Below, piece by piece: positions 11,274 through 23,666 of a stretch of 64,000 nucleotides of DNA (its first letter is position 1; every line of letters starts with the position of its first letter). A program made the translations under genes and the position numbers. Location: NCBI GenBank assembly GCA_023920165.1, contig CP089276.1:1736001-1800000 (forward strand), read 5' to 3'. This stretch comes from Curvularia clavata (lineage: Eukaryota). A model generated the notes under the pieces. That model saw only the letters and a program-made list of their open reading frames with translations, was not told the origin of the DNA and made no database searches.

Positions 11274-13343
11274 TCAAACATCTCTCCAAGATCCCTGTAT
11301 CGGCCTCTCGCTCCCCTCGGTACCATTGCTCCTCGCCAGATACGCCTGCAATCGCTCCGCCATCTCCGCCACATCCTCATCCACAACATTCACGTTCTGC
11401 TTAGCCACGAGTAGAAGCGCATCCAGCTCCTTCTTTCTAAGAGAATGCTTATTTGCACTTGCTGAGGAGGGCGCTTCAGCCGCATAGTCTCCCGGCGTAC
11501 CACAACCACCCCCCTCGGTATCCCGAGCCACACTCGGCCTTGCTCTGGAGAACATACGAACAACTGAACCACGCTTCTCCTGGTGCTTTCGCTGGATATC
11601 AAGCAGTGTGTGCCAAACTTCCAACTCGCGTTCCCGGCATCGGCTCAGGATGCTGTTGCCAAAGTCCGTGATGTGCTTCAGTTCGATGATTTCATCAATC
11701 AGACGCGATATCTCGACATCCTGCTCGCAAATCAAACGGTTCTTTTGCTCAAGCCACCCGCTGAGTTGTGGTATGAGAGTTTCCTCTAGTCCAGCGATGC
11801 GGTCTTGAAGACCGTGAAGCGCGGTGTCGAGTTTCCGAATCAGACGCACGTGTGGTGGTGCTGGAGGTCTTGCATTGTAGGCTGATTCATGTCCAGGGTA
11901 AGGTGAGGCGTCTACAGCCGTTTTTTCTTGAACAACTTGAAAGTGGAGTGAGAGCTCTGAAGGTGTGAGCGTGGAGCGAAGCATTGCCGATACCTGCTCT
12001 GGTACCAAACTGCGGGTAAGTGGTGAGCGCTGGCGAGTGTTGCTACTAGCATCACTGGATTCATCCGAGCTTGATCGTAAGTAATAGTCTTGCGGAGCGC
12101 CATTCCTTGCTGGAGTATGGTCCTCGTCTCGCCATCGTAGAGGCCAACTTGGGGGCGTCGGGTCACGATAAAGAGTGTCATTTGAGCCCGCGTAGCTGTA
12201 ATGGTTAACGCGAACACCATCCGATAACTGCTCTTCCTCGTGGTCTTCCTCGTGGTCTTCCTCTTGAAATGATCCCATCGGAGGTGCCGGCGCTGCATCA
12301 ACATGTTCATAGAATACACTCGAAGCAATTGGATAGCTGAAGTTGGGCACAAGGTTAGCATCTGCCAGCTCAACAGGAAGCGCCTCTCTGTGTCCTGCCC
12401 TTTTGTTGGAAGAGTTATGCTGCGATCTCTCCGTGATTGCTGCTCTTATCTCAGGATCAACGGCTTCGTTGTAGAGAATGCTGTTCAAGGCCGAAGTCCA
12501 TGTCAGTGCCGGTGTTGGTTCAGCCTCGCTTGGTGAGATACCAGGTGGTTTTGCCTTGAGACTAGCCTGGCCCGGCGATATAAGACTCTCTGGTTGAACT
12601 TGTGGGAGAGAGTCGACATCGCGAGATACCAAAGCGGGTTCCATCTCGGTCACAGCTGCTGGCTCTGATGAGACTGGGACCTCTGATGCTGCAGTGATCT
12701 CAACAGATTTTTTACTGCTCAGGCCACGATGGACATACTGAGCGTTGTCCAACGGAAAGCCCATGAACTTGTCCCATTCCTCTGTACCAGGTCTGATCGG
12801 TCCTCTAGGCGGTGACAGCGGCCTTGGGGACGATTGCATGCGACTGGGGAGCCAAGAATGAGAAGGCATAGTGTTAACACCGTGGCGCTGCTCCCACTGC
12901 CTCAACACTTCCGCATTCTGTGAGGCGGTCAGCCACTCGCTGGGCACAGGTCGTGGAGATGGACTTCTGTCTTTGCCTTCTCTCGGACGGCAGATCGGAG
13001 TCCTACGAGTCTCTTGCCTAAGCTCGCCACCAGGGGGTCGGGAAGACGTCGGTTCCATGTCCGTTGCTAGTATGATGCTATTGAAATACAGCTGATCCTT
13101 TGGGTAAAGGCATCCTCTGTAGGGACCTCTGTCGTTTATTACCGGAAGGCTGTCTGGTGAACTGCTACATCTTAGCCTGGCACGCCCATCGTCCAAGTCG
13201 TTTTCGACCTCATCTAGTGCTCTCTGCCTTTCCTTTTCCAATTGCCCCTCAAGTTGCCTTGGTGTTTGAGAAGGCTCAGTAACTGTGTAATAGTGGGTAG
13301 GGCACCTCAATGGATGCCTGAGTCGCTGAAGGAATGTTGTCAT
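11274..13343 (-). CDS. Hypothetical protein, low-complexity with a C-terminal coiled coil
   Basis: 689-aa ORF; heptad-like segment LDTALHGLQDRIAGLEETL...ISRLIDEIIELK; no family recognised; an in-frame intron near the N-terminus cannot be excluded. Confidence 0.7.
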   Translation of the reverse strand: MTTFLQRLRHPLRCPTHYYTVTEPSQTPRQLEGQLEKERQRALDEVENDLDDGRARLRCSSSPDSLPVINDRGPYRGCLYPKDQLYFNSIILATDMEPTSSRPPGGELRQETRRTPICRPREGKDRSPSPRPVPSEWLTASQNAEVLRQWEQRHGVNTMPSHSWLPSRMQSSPRPLSPPRGPIRPGTEEWDKFMGFPLDNAQYVHRGLSSKKSVEITAASEVPVSSEPAAVTEMEPALVSRDVDSLPQVQPESLISPGQASLKAKPPGISPSEAEPTPALTWTSALNSILYNEAVDPEIRAAITERSQHNSSNKRAGHREALPVELADANLVPNFSYPIASSVFYEHVDAAPAPPMGSFQEEDHEEDHEEEQLSDGVRVNHYSYAGSNDTLYRDPTPPSWPLRWRDEDHTPARNGAPQDYYLRSSSDESSDASSNTRQRSPLTRSLVPEQVSAMLRSTLTPSELSLHFQVVQEKTAVDASPYPGHESAYNARPPAPPHVRLIRKLDTALHGLQDRIAGLEETLIPQLSGWLEQKNRLICEQDVEISRLIDEIIELKHITDFGNSILSRCRERELEVWHTLLDIQRKHQEKRGSVVRMFSRARPSVARDTEGGGCGTPGDYAAEAPSSASANKHSLRKKELDALLLVAKQNVNVVDEDVAEMAERLQAYLARSNGTEGSERPIQGSWRDV

Positions 13344-13865
13344 ATCTGCGGTTGTGGTGATCGTAAGTCGATGCTAGAGGTTTTGGGTGAGCCAGAGATA
13401 GAGACTTGAGTGCTTGATTAAGTTATACATTGTGTGGTTTGATTTTATCATGTGCTCATTGTGAAGCAGCGTTTGCAATTGTGCTGGCGGTGAGTTTTGC
13501 TTGAGAGGCAATCGCGCAGGTGATTGACACGTAAACGTTTGATAATCCGCAGCTTAGTGACTTCGAAAATAAGACTGAGCTTTCAAGAGTGATACCGAGC
13601 ATTGAGCACAGCCGCAGAAGAAACGTCATGTCGAATCGAAACTGGGGGTTGTATTACCAACTGTTATCGCTCGCAAAAATGAACTATTTGTAGTCTCTTC
13701 TCAAGTGAACCAACCACGTACTATGAAGACAGATCGTCGTTCGGGGTATGTAAGAATCGTGAATGCGCCATGGTAAAAGAGACTCCGCTCCATAGCTATG
13801 CAGTTGCAATAATGCAATGAAACGCCCCCATGCCATGTAACCGTGAACCGTAACGCCTAGCATAC

Positions 13866-15021
13866 TCAAAATTTCCTCTTCGCCTTGGCCGCCATGGCTG
13901 CTAACTTCTTCTTCCGCTCTTCTTTTTCCCTCTTCAGCCTGTTCTCTTCTGCCAAAGCCTCGGCATCCTCCTTCTTGGCTGCCTTGAGCGCCAGTTGCTC
14001 TTCTTCTTCGACGTCCCATATGCCTCCCTCCATGACAGAAGAGGCATCGGACTCGTAGTCATCTTCTTCTTCGTCGTCTTCCATGTCGTCAAGCTCGTCC
14101 CAGTCTGCATATCCATCGTAGCGTCCTTTGGTTGGGTTGGGTTTCGGTCTTGCAGCCGGTGTTCCGTTGCGACTTGATGTTGCAGGCACACTCGAGGGGC
14201 GAGCGGTGCCTTTGTAGCCAACCTCGACAGGTTTTCGGGCCGGCCGTGCTGTACCTTGATAGCCCACTTCGACCTTCTTCTTCTCCTTCGAGGCATCGGC
14301 TTTTTGATCCACAACCTTTGACGGCAATCCAGCGGCAGCCTTCTTGCCCTTGATTCCTGCTTCTGCCTTAAGTGCCAACCGTTCCTTTCTTGTCAAGATC
14401 TTTGTAGGCTCGTGTTTGATCGGCGGGGCCACGGGCTTGCTTGCATCCTTCTCTTTAGCCTTCTGAAGCATGGCCAGATAGCCTTTCTTAGGCGCAGCAT
14501 TCGAGGTGGGGATAGATCCGGTGGCTACCGGGGCCGGCTTGGGAGCAGGTGCCGGGGCCTTGGGTGCGGCAGCAGGTGTGCTTGACGACTGCAGGGGTTT
14601 CCGGACAGGTTGATTTACTGTTTTTGAAGATGCAGGCGCAGCGGTTCCACGATACGGGACGGAGGTGGTGGGCGTGGATGAAGTAGGTCTGGACGTGGCG
14701 GGTGACGACGTGGCACGAACCGCACCGTTTGCCTGCGCTGTTCCACCAACCGCCTCTTTCCTCTGTATCTTTGCCTGTCCATTCTCAACTGGACCAGATG
14801 CCTTTCGCTTCAACTGTGGTGTTTGGGATGTCCCATTTGCCCCTCCCACTGGTCGCGGCGTTGGTTTAGGGGCGCCACCGAGCGGAGCTTGCTTAGATGC
14901 TGTTGCTGCGGCCCTCGCGCTGGGGTCGATTATCGACATGATATCTTTGAGTGACTGAAGGATACAGACACGATCAGTATACAGAGGTTGTCACGGACGG
15001 TTTTGCTGGACTCACGCTCAT
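13866..15021 (-). CDS. SPT2: SPT2 chromatin protein
   Basis: 6-nt first coding exon (ATGAGC, 15021-15016), intron 15015-14955; C-terminal SPT2-type motif 'ESDASSVMEGGIWDVEEEEQLALKAAKKEDAEALAEE'. Confidence 0.8.
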
Positions 15022-15523
15022 GGTAGGCAACTGATAAGCGCTTTTGACTCAGTGTTACCGCTCGTCGGATCGATTCGAGGGCAAGTTGTACATGCTTTCC
15101 TAGCAAAAATCACCGGTATCGACAGTCGGTAGCGGACGATCGCGCGCGCAGGGAAGAGGCGATGCGCACGGGACCGGTGGATTAGAAAGGGCGGCCAGAG
15201 AATGAGCGGACGGCGACGGCGCAGACGGGCCTGTTTTATACCTTGGCTTTGCGCCTAGGCAACGTTCACGTGACGCCGCGGGCATTCTACGCTAGTCTAA
15301 CAGCGGTATGGCCTGGGTAGCGAGATCCCACCTAGAGTCAATATTCGGGGACCGGGAACTTTTTCTTTTCGACAACCACAGCGAGAACTTGAAGATTCAG
15401 TCTCCGGCCACAAGCGGTGCGTATTGGAAGTTGTTTGCGCGCAGCAACAGAGTACTGACAGACCTAGGTTAAATCGATTGAACTCCTGTTCCTTACCACC
15501 GAAATCACAACTTCACTTTCACA

Positions 15524-15912
15524 ATGAAGCACCTCGCTGCCTACCTCCTCCTCGGCCTTGGTGGTAACACCTCGCCTTCCGCCGCCGATGTCAAGGTGAG
15601 ATGAATTGCGCCGCCAGCTTCATCGATGTTCTAACGAAAATTCAGTCCGTCCTCAGCGCCGTTGGCATCGAGGCCGATGACGACCGCCTCAACAAGCTGA
15701 TCTCCGAGCTTGAGGGCAAGGACATCAACGAGCTCATCGCTGCCGGATCTGAGAAGCTCGCCTCCGTTCCCTCTGGTGGCGCTGGTGGTGCCGCTCCCGC
15801 TGCTGGCGGTGCCGCCGCCGGTGGTGCTGCCGCCGCCGAGGAGGCCCCTGCTGCGAAGGAGGAGGAGAAGGAGGAGTCCGACGAGGACATGGGTTTCGGT
15901 CTCTTCGACTAA
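15524..15912 (+). CDS. RPP2: 60S acidic ribosomal protein P2
   Basis: [24 protein letters not shown], intron 15596-15645, C-terminal [17 protein letters not shown]. Confidence 0.97.
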
Positions 15913-16602
15913 GCGCATCGCCAATTCACCTCTGTTTACGATGTATGACCTGGCCAGTTTCTCAAAAATCAAGGGAATCCTGCTCAACGAGTCCGAGCAT
16001 TTGGGGCGTGTCGAGCGCGCAATGGATGGGATACGCAGAAAGATTTTGGAGCAATGCTCCCTTAGCTGCTTGCTGAGATACCCATAATGAAGCCATGCAC
16101 CCTCAATTTTACGTCTTTGCTGTGACCAGATATCATGTGACATGTTGGCGAAGTGATTTTTTTGGGAGAGGAAGACATGGACATGCTACAGGCCATAGGC
16201 CTAGAGCATAGTGCGATAATGAGAATGGATTTATGCCGGCGTACTATCTAATACTGATGACTTGATGTTCTGGCGATGTGAAGATGTGACAAAGAATAGT
16301 CGTGAGGTAACGTCTGTAGCATTGGTTGCAGGGTATTTTGTATACCATCATTTCGATGGCAGGCTTCACAAATGGAGCTTCATGTCAAGATAATATATAA
16401 AGATAAATTTATCAGCCATTGCAGGTCAGCGGTAATGTTGATGTTGCTCGTTACTCTCGCTGCGCATGGACGTGGTGGCGCGCTAAGACCTCGCTTAGCG
16501 AGGTAGGCAACACCTCGAAATTCCTCCCCCATCGACAATTGAACGACTGACAACCCACGACCCAACGAAGTTCCCCCATCAGCTACTTCGACAACCTCCA
16601 CC

Positions 16603-17291
16603 ATGGCTGACGCTGAATACGACCCCGAGGCCGCAGCTGGTACGAAAATCCATTCCATTGCCGAGCCTTTTTCCCGCGTCCGCAGCGGAAGGCACGCATA
16701 TTCGTGGTAGAGCATGGCTAACGAAATGAACAGCCCTTAAGGCGAAGAGGGCGTTCCGCAAGTTCTCCTACCGCGGTGTCGACCTTGACCAGTACGTCTT
16801 CCAATCCTCGCGACATCTCCCCAGCGCTGGGGCCTAACACAAACGATGGCGGTATTCTGATTGAGATGCAGGCTCCTCGACCTCGGCTCTGAGGAGCTCC
16901 GTGACCTCGTCCACGCCCGCGCCCGCCGTAGGTTCAACCGTGGTCTCAAGCGCAAGCCCATGGGTCTCATCAAGAAGCTTAGGAAGTCTAAGCGTAAGGA
17001 ACACCGTCCGCACGGGTGAAGAGAGGAGAATGCTAACACGGCGCAGAGGAGGCCCGCCCCAACGAGAAGCCCGACCTCGTCAAGACCCACCTCCGTGACA
17101 TGATCGTTGTCCCCGAGATGATTGGCAGCGTTATCGGTGTCTACTCCGGAAAGGAGTTCAACCAGGTCGAAATCAAGCCCGAGATGGTCGGCCACTACCT
17201 CGCAGAGTTCTCCATTTCATACAGGCCCGTCAAGCACGGAAGGCCCGGTATTGGTGCCACTCACTCTTCCCGTTTCATTCCTCTCAAGTAA
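16603..17291 (+). CDS. RPS15: 40S ribosomal protein S15 (uS19)
   Basis: Four exons; [16 protein letters not shown]...[17 protein letters not shown]...[21 protein letters not shown]. Confidence 0.97.
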
Positions 17292-17647
17292 ACGACTGGG
17301 TTATGGTTGCATGGGTTCTTTAGTGGGGCGGACAATGTACTTGACGACCTACAACGAATACAGGTGTTAGGTGCATTTACTCTCGATGGCTATGACGTAC
17401 ACAAAAGACGACGGCGAGCATGAGGATAGGGTGTAGATAACCATCCATCACATTCGAGATACCTCCACAAGTGGTTTTTGGTGCAAGGTGATGTGCTTTG
17501 AGTTGTGTGTTCGTAGTGATCATCGTGGTCTGCAAGGCAGTCAAATATCACGATATATGCAAATCACCTCATATGCGTATGATCAATGGCAATAGCAATA
17601 GGATGGGGTATTATTATACAAAGAGACTCGCACACCATGTTCGCTCG

Positions 17648-18787
17648 CTACCTTCCAAGACGCATCTCGACCTTTGCAAAGTTGTACAGGGCTCTAAGGA
17701 AGACCTGGTAATTGACGCCCTTGTTATCTGGCAAGTGGCTGTATATGAGTCAGTAACGAAGATTACAGCATTAGATAGAATGAACATACAAGATCTCGGT
17801 CAATCTCAGCTGCCACGGCGGGTAGCCCTTCAGTTGAACCGTCGGACTGAACAGAATCAGTAGATCCGGCTCGCTGGAGACGTGGTCGTTCAACTGCGCG
17901 TCAATCAAGTCCATGTTGATCTGCTCTTGTCTCACGTCACCCTTCTGGGCCATTTCGGCGAGTGTGCGAGTCAGGTCGACAATAGTGTCTCGGCCGTCAT
18001 GCTCCGACAAGAGAAGTACTGTGAGGTGCTGGCGTTCTTCCTTTAGCGTAGCGTCATTGGGCTCGGCGGCTTGAGGGGGTGTGTCAGGCGGGGAATAGGA
18101 GCTTAGGTGTGGTGCACGGATGGAGAGGGTGGGTTTGCGGCGAGAGCCAAAGTAGGCTTCAAGCGTGCTCCAGATACTGGCATGGGTCTGAGGGAGGTAG
18201 TTCTTGAGAACGCCTGTTTTGTCGTCAGTATTAACTTGTGAATTCTGCACAAGAGCCGTACCAGTACGCTCGTAGACACTGAGGAACGGAATTCCAGCAC
18301 TCGCTGTCCAAGCTGCTATCTCGCAGATATCGTTGACGAGACCTTCCAGACCGGCATTTCCTTGGCTTCCATCGTCCTCTTGATATTCTAATATCACGCT
18401 CAGGTGCTTTGGCAGCTTTTCCAGGTCCTTGACATCGTGCGCTATGAATTCTGGCGTGCGGTGATGGTACTTCAGCAGAGAGACAACCTTTCCACGCACA
18501 AGCCGGTAAGCGCGTCGGAAGCGGAAGAAGATGCTGAAGAGTAACGCGACAAGGTGGTAGATGGTGAGGTGTAGCAGTGCTTTTACAGGGCCGACGAGGG
18601 GTTTACGATGTTGTTGGGATGCGCGCTGACGGCGGTCTCGAAGGGCTTTCTTTTGCGCCTGGGCCTCGCTGTCTGAAGGATCGGAAGGAAGAAACGGTTT
18701 CAGCAGTTCCTCGCGTTGTTGGACAGAGAGCTGCTTGCTGCGCCGGAAAGCTGATTCCTGTTTGGAGGAGAGGCCCGTGGCAGCCAT
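17648..18787 (-). CDS. NUS1: Dehydrodolichyl diphosphate synthase complex subunit NUS1 (NgBR)
   Basis: 'KLPKHLSVIL', 'SVYERTG', 'EPDLLILFSPTVQLKGYPPWQLRLTEI'; the last exon after a GTATGT intron gives HLPDNKGVNYQVFLRALYNFAKVEMRLGR* with the conserved C-terminal RxG. Confidence 0.92.
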
Positions 18788-19519
18788 TGCGGGCAATGTG
18801 TTCAGTAAAAGGAGACGAATCGAGCGGGCCAGTCGACGTCTGTACACGTGGAATCAAGATCGAAGCCAATCGTCGTAGGAACCAAGGGTCAATGCTCGGG
18901 TTAGCTGGCCATGGTTGGGGGTGGGCGATATATGTAGGATACGTGAAATATCCCTGTGAGGCTGGTGCATGCGCATTCGTGTGGCGCCGTCTCTTCCGAG
19001 CGTAAGCCAAGGCATGTGTACGCGCATCTTGCCGTGCTCCGCCCTGCGTCGTGGCGCCATTACGCGGAAGCCTTCGCAACTGAGGTGAGACTGTTCAGCA
19101 AACCGGTGTCCTAATTTAGATTCTTGTGTACAACAGGAGACAGGATGTAATGGCATCACTGTGCATGCGGCTGCCCGTGTTTGGATTCGACCGGCGGTGC
19201 TGCATTGCGGGCCAGGGACCGAGGCGTGGGGGTGCGACAAGCCACAGTCGCGACTTCGCTCGAGTCTGCCATGTGCTCCAACACGCATGATTGGGAGTGC
19301 CTCGTCACCATCCCATGCACAATCCGATAGCATCGTCTGGTAGCAGCCCTGTGCAGCTGCATGCTTTGCGACAGTACCAGAGACCTCGTCAGCTACCTAT
19401 AGGCGGTTTCTAGGCGGCATTGGTTCGCTGGGTAGCAACGATACCGATACACACCTTCCCTTACATACCACTTGAATGATACCCAGTTTTGAAGTCCGAC
19501 CTGTGCCCTTCTTGCAATC

Positions 19520-22144
19520 ATGCAACGCGTCAGCTCCGATGGCGCCTCTGTACTCACGCACCAGACTTCAAGGAACTCTATACGCGTGCCTCAATTCACC
19601 CTAGAGAAGTTCGCCGTAAGCCGCGCACAGCCCCCTGTCCTCTTTCTGTACTGACTCACGCAGAGCAAAGACTTCCTAGTCAAAGACTTTATCGAGGACC
19701 TCTCCCAAGCCGCCGTACCTGCGACACGACGGTCAGCAGGCGCTGGCGGGCAACAAACCTTCGACCCGAAGCCGCTTATCCGCACCTTTGAGCATGCGCT
19801 GAGAAGCCTCAATAGCCTGTCTGAGGATCTTGAGGAGAAGGAGACGGACCTTTCGGGAGCCGTAAGGCGGGCAGAACTTCAACACAATCAGAATGTCGAG
19901 TCCTTGGGGAGAAGGCTGGAACAGGCTATGGATCGATTCCAGAGGCTGGATAATTCGCTGAACGGCGGCGATGATGGAGGATCCGACACGGGCGGAAACG
20001 TTGCCATGCGCATAGGAGAGCGTCTGGAAGAGTTGGATCGTCAGCGGAAGAGAGCCCTAGACGCAAAGTTCCTGATTGAGTGCTGGCAAGAGGTCAGCGA
20101 GCGAGGTGAGCTCATGATCCTCGAGGACCAACGGAAGAACGGCGATATCGTACGGTGCGCCGAAATCGCGCGCCAGCTTCTGCGCATCAGCACACGCCTT
20201 GATCCAGAGGGGGGCCAACGGGTCAATGGCGATGTACCGAACGGGATGAAACGCAGGACACAACACCAGCCGAGACACAACACCAAGGAAGTCATTGAAA
20301 AGTTCCTCGAGAACTTGGAGCAGGATCTTCTCAGCAAGTTTCAGGAATGCTATGCGCGCCCTAATTATCTTGGGATGCGTGACTGCGCTATTGCTCTCAA
20401 AGGCTTCAATGACGGAGCAAGTGTCATTGGAACTTATGTCAACCAGCATTCATTCTTCATTGACCGCATGCAGCTGAGCGGCGAGGATCTTGGTACAGAT
20501 TTGGAAACCTGGGATCGCCTTCAAGATCCTGATGCCGAACCGCCTGGTGTGGAGCCCACCCTTCAGTCATTGATTGACGAAGTCAAGATTGTCGTCCAGG
20601 AAGAGTCTGCCATTATCAAGCGAGCATTCCCGTACTACGAGGAGGTTCTCATCAAGTTCTTGGAGCGCATCTTTCAGCAATCAATCCAATCCAGACTGGA
20701 AATGGTCCTCGACAAAGCCGGAGACCTTTCATCGCTTGCTTTTTTGCGTTCTCTACAGGCTTCGAGGAGTTACATTACGCAGCTTGTGGAAGACCTCAAG
20801 TCTCACGGGCTGACAGAGCACCCGGAGCCTGCTACGTCAGCAGTTGCAGCTACGCTTGACCAGCAGCTGGAGGAACTTTTTTCGTCATATTTTATTGGCG
20901 AGAAGTACATTGAACGAGAGAAGAAGAATCTGGAGGAGTTGTATTCTTCATTGCTTCTCAAATTCACCATCTATCACTCAAGGCGAAGCAAGATGCCTAC
21001 CTCATACTTTGGGTCGCTCGCGCAACGAGGTAAGGAGCTGGCCGCATCAGCTCGCGACAAGTACATGGAGCGTCTGGAAAGCACCGATCTACCTGCTAGT
21101 CAGAAAGCGACGCTCCTCCGCATTGCTGGCCTGAAGGAAGATCAACAGGAGAAGAAGGACATCGATGTGACGGACGAGGATGGTCGGCTATCAATGCCAG
21201 TAGCCAAGCGAATGCTCAAGTGGCTGGCTGAAGGTGTCGGGCGTGGGCTGGAGTTGTCACCTGGCAACGAAACACCAAAGGATGTGCAGATCTTGCTCAA
21301 TCTGCTCCTGCGACAAATGGGTGAAATGTACTTGGAGACGGCCTTAGATGCGTAAGTATTGTTCCCACCAGAAGCAGAATGGAGCTAACATCGGCGCAGT
21401 GCCCAAGACCATGCCGCATCGCAGGAAAATTCCAAGACGCCGCCGGATCTCACTCATCTTCCCGCTCTACACACCATCACCACCATCCTGCATCTCCTGC
21501 AACAAACAACAACCACGATCCTCCTGCCTTTGTGCACACCCAACCTTACCATCCGCCGCGAGATCGAGAAGTCCATCAACTCCACAATGACGACGCTCGA
21601 AGCGAAGCTCTCCAACATCCTTAACCTCACAATCACCGCCTCGCTGAACTGGGTCAGCAAATGCCTTGCCCAACAAAAGAAAACGGACTTCCGACCCAAG
21701 GAAGAAGACCTGATGGTCACAAGCGAAACCCAAGCGTGTCGCGAGGTCTCTGCCTTCCTCACCCGCGTTGCTTCGCAAGCCACCTCCGCATTGTCCGGCC
21801 GCAACCTCTCGCTTTTCCTCGCCGAACTCGCGCGTGGGCTTCGCTCCCTCGTCCTGGCACACCTGCTCAAGTTCTCCATCTCCCAAGTCGGCGGTCTCAG
21901 TGTTTCGAAAGACATGAACCAATATGTTGAGCTCGTACGGGCGTGGCCGACGGGCGATGAGCTGGAGCCCGGTGCCATGGACGTGTTGACAGACGTCAGC
22001 ACGTTGTTTATCATTGGGCCAGAGGCGCTCAGAGATCGTCTGAGGGCTGCAGGTGGACAGGATGCACAGGAGCTGAAGGGGTTCATTGCCAGAAGAGATG
22101 ATGTGGGAACTGTTGGTGTGCAAAGCGTGCTTAATGGGGTATAA
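19520..22144 (+). CDS. SEC10: Exocyst complex component Sec10
   Basis: ATG at 19520; introns 19616-19663 and ~21352-21398; 'FDPKPLIRTFEHAL', 'IGERLEELDRQRKRA', 'LAQQKKTDFRPK'. Confidence 0.92.
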
Positions 22145-22270
22145 GATAGCAGAAATTCACTTTGTACTTGTGCAACAATAGCAAGACCAGGCTCTATAGT
22201 ACAGTTAATCCTTTTCTCTACCTACATATTCCTAAACCATGTAGAATAAGGAGGAAGAAAAAAAAGACTT

Positions 22271-22560
22271 AAAAAAAGGGCCCCAACGGGGGTGTTCAGT
22301 TCACCACAGCCGAGCCGAGACTGATTAAACCCACTAAGGGAAGCTCCCTAAAGGGAGGTACCATCCCGAAGGACAAACGGCCCAGGTGGGCAATCCCCTG
22401 ATGGGGACGATAAGGTCAGTCCCTTGGTGGGCAAGTGGCCACGCATCTTTTTGCGTCGAAAGTCCTTTCGTTGTGTCACAACCCTGTTTCGAATCCGAGC
22501 TCTGCTCGAGGGGAGATTGTGACTCGAAGCTCCTTGGCCATCAAGAACTTGGGTCTGTCC
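22271..22560 (-). ncRNA. Candidate RNA polymerase III-transcribed, highly structured ncRNA of unassigned family
   Basis: Minus strand: A-box-like TGGCCAAGGAG (22540-22530), B-box-like GGATTCGAAAC (22496-22486), at least 9 closely packed helices including a cUUCGg tetraloop, a terminal hairpin and a T7 run (22277-22271). GC-rich island in AT-rich flanks with no credible ORF. The 5' end is estimated. Confidence 0.7.
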
Positions 22561-23260
22561 TAACCATGGACGGCGGTATTGATGGAAGTGGGGCAATTTG
22601 AAGATACTATACACAGGATAGAATCCAAAAGCTTCATGTAGTAGCAGGCAAACATACTTCCAGTCATTTGTTACACTGTGGAGCAACACGGTTGAGCAAA
22701 CGCTTAGAAGGACACTGTCTAGCGGATCGCCATGTAATTCACTGTCACTTCGCAGTTCTCGTGAAACTAACCATAGTTTCTGTGGAGGCAGCTGACAGCG
22801 CGATCATTTGAGCCGTAGCTATGGGGATGAGGGAGAGTTTGGATGCAGCGAAGACAGTAGAGACCACCAGATCTACAGTGCAAGGCCCCGGAACAGCAAA
22901 GAGCGTGCTAGAACAGTGGAATTCGGCACTTGATCGATCCCTCACATGTGCAAGGGAACTGCAGCGAAATGGAATACAATCTGGGGATACGGCAAAGCCG
23001 ATAGCCAAGCACCAAAACACCCCAACACTCACACGCGGCATTGGCTGCCTCCCGAAGTGAGCAGCAAACACGAAGAGCAAGGAAAATGCCGAAACACATA
23101 AATTTGGGGACATCGCAAGCGGTCAAGTAGAGCTGCCACAGGGACCAAAAAGAACCTACCCAGATATCGATCAGTCTCTCATTTGCCACTTTGATGCCAT
23201 TCTCACGTGCTTTCACCGCGTTTCTCTGTCGCCACTGCATAATTACAGGCGGTGACGACA

Positions 23261-23422
23261 GCGGGTCTCTCACCTTCACTTTGAGTGACGCATTCCATGC
23301 GTTTGACCAGGCTGTAGCCTAAGAGGGGCGGTCTGAGGGCGGGTCTTTCACCTTCACATTGAGTGACGCATTCCGTGCGTTTGGCCAGGCTGTAGCCTGG
23401 GATTGGCGGTCTAAGGGCGGGT
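23261..23422 (+). repeat. Tandem direct repeat, 2 x ~78 bp
   Basis: gcgggtctctcaccttcactttgagtgacgcattccatgcgtttgaccaggctgtagcct... at 23261 versus gcgggtctttcaccttcacattgagtgacgcattccgtgcgtttggccaggctgtagcct... at 23339. Confidence 0.9.
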
Positions 23423-23666
23423 GAGAAGAGCGGCGGTGTGCACGGGTGAGAGCGTTTGCTCTTGGGTATATATTCTGCCCCTGCCCACTTTCTTGCCAGA
23501 CTTTCTTACATCTCTCTCCACCAGCACATCTATTTTCCAATATGTTCTGCCAGAAAGGCCCGTTTCCCAATGAGCTATAACATCCAATTACTATTACTAC
23601 ACTGGCTCTTTATGTCTCTTCCATCTACACTCATACCTTTTCCATCACAACCTAACAAACAAAAAC

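Noticed and set aside
22278..22545. tRNA, 5S rRNA, RNase MRP/P, SRP or hammerhead identity for the structured element
   Set aside because: No cloverleaf or anticodon arm, no 5S, P4 or SRP helix-8 signature; CTGATGG...GAAA on the + strand does not fit the hammerhead CUGAUGA core and stem geometry.
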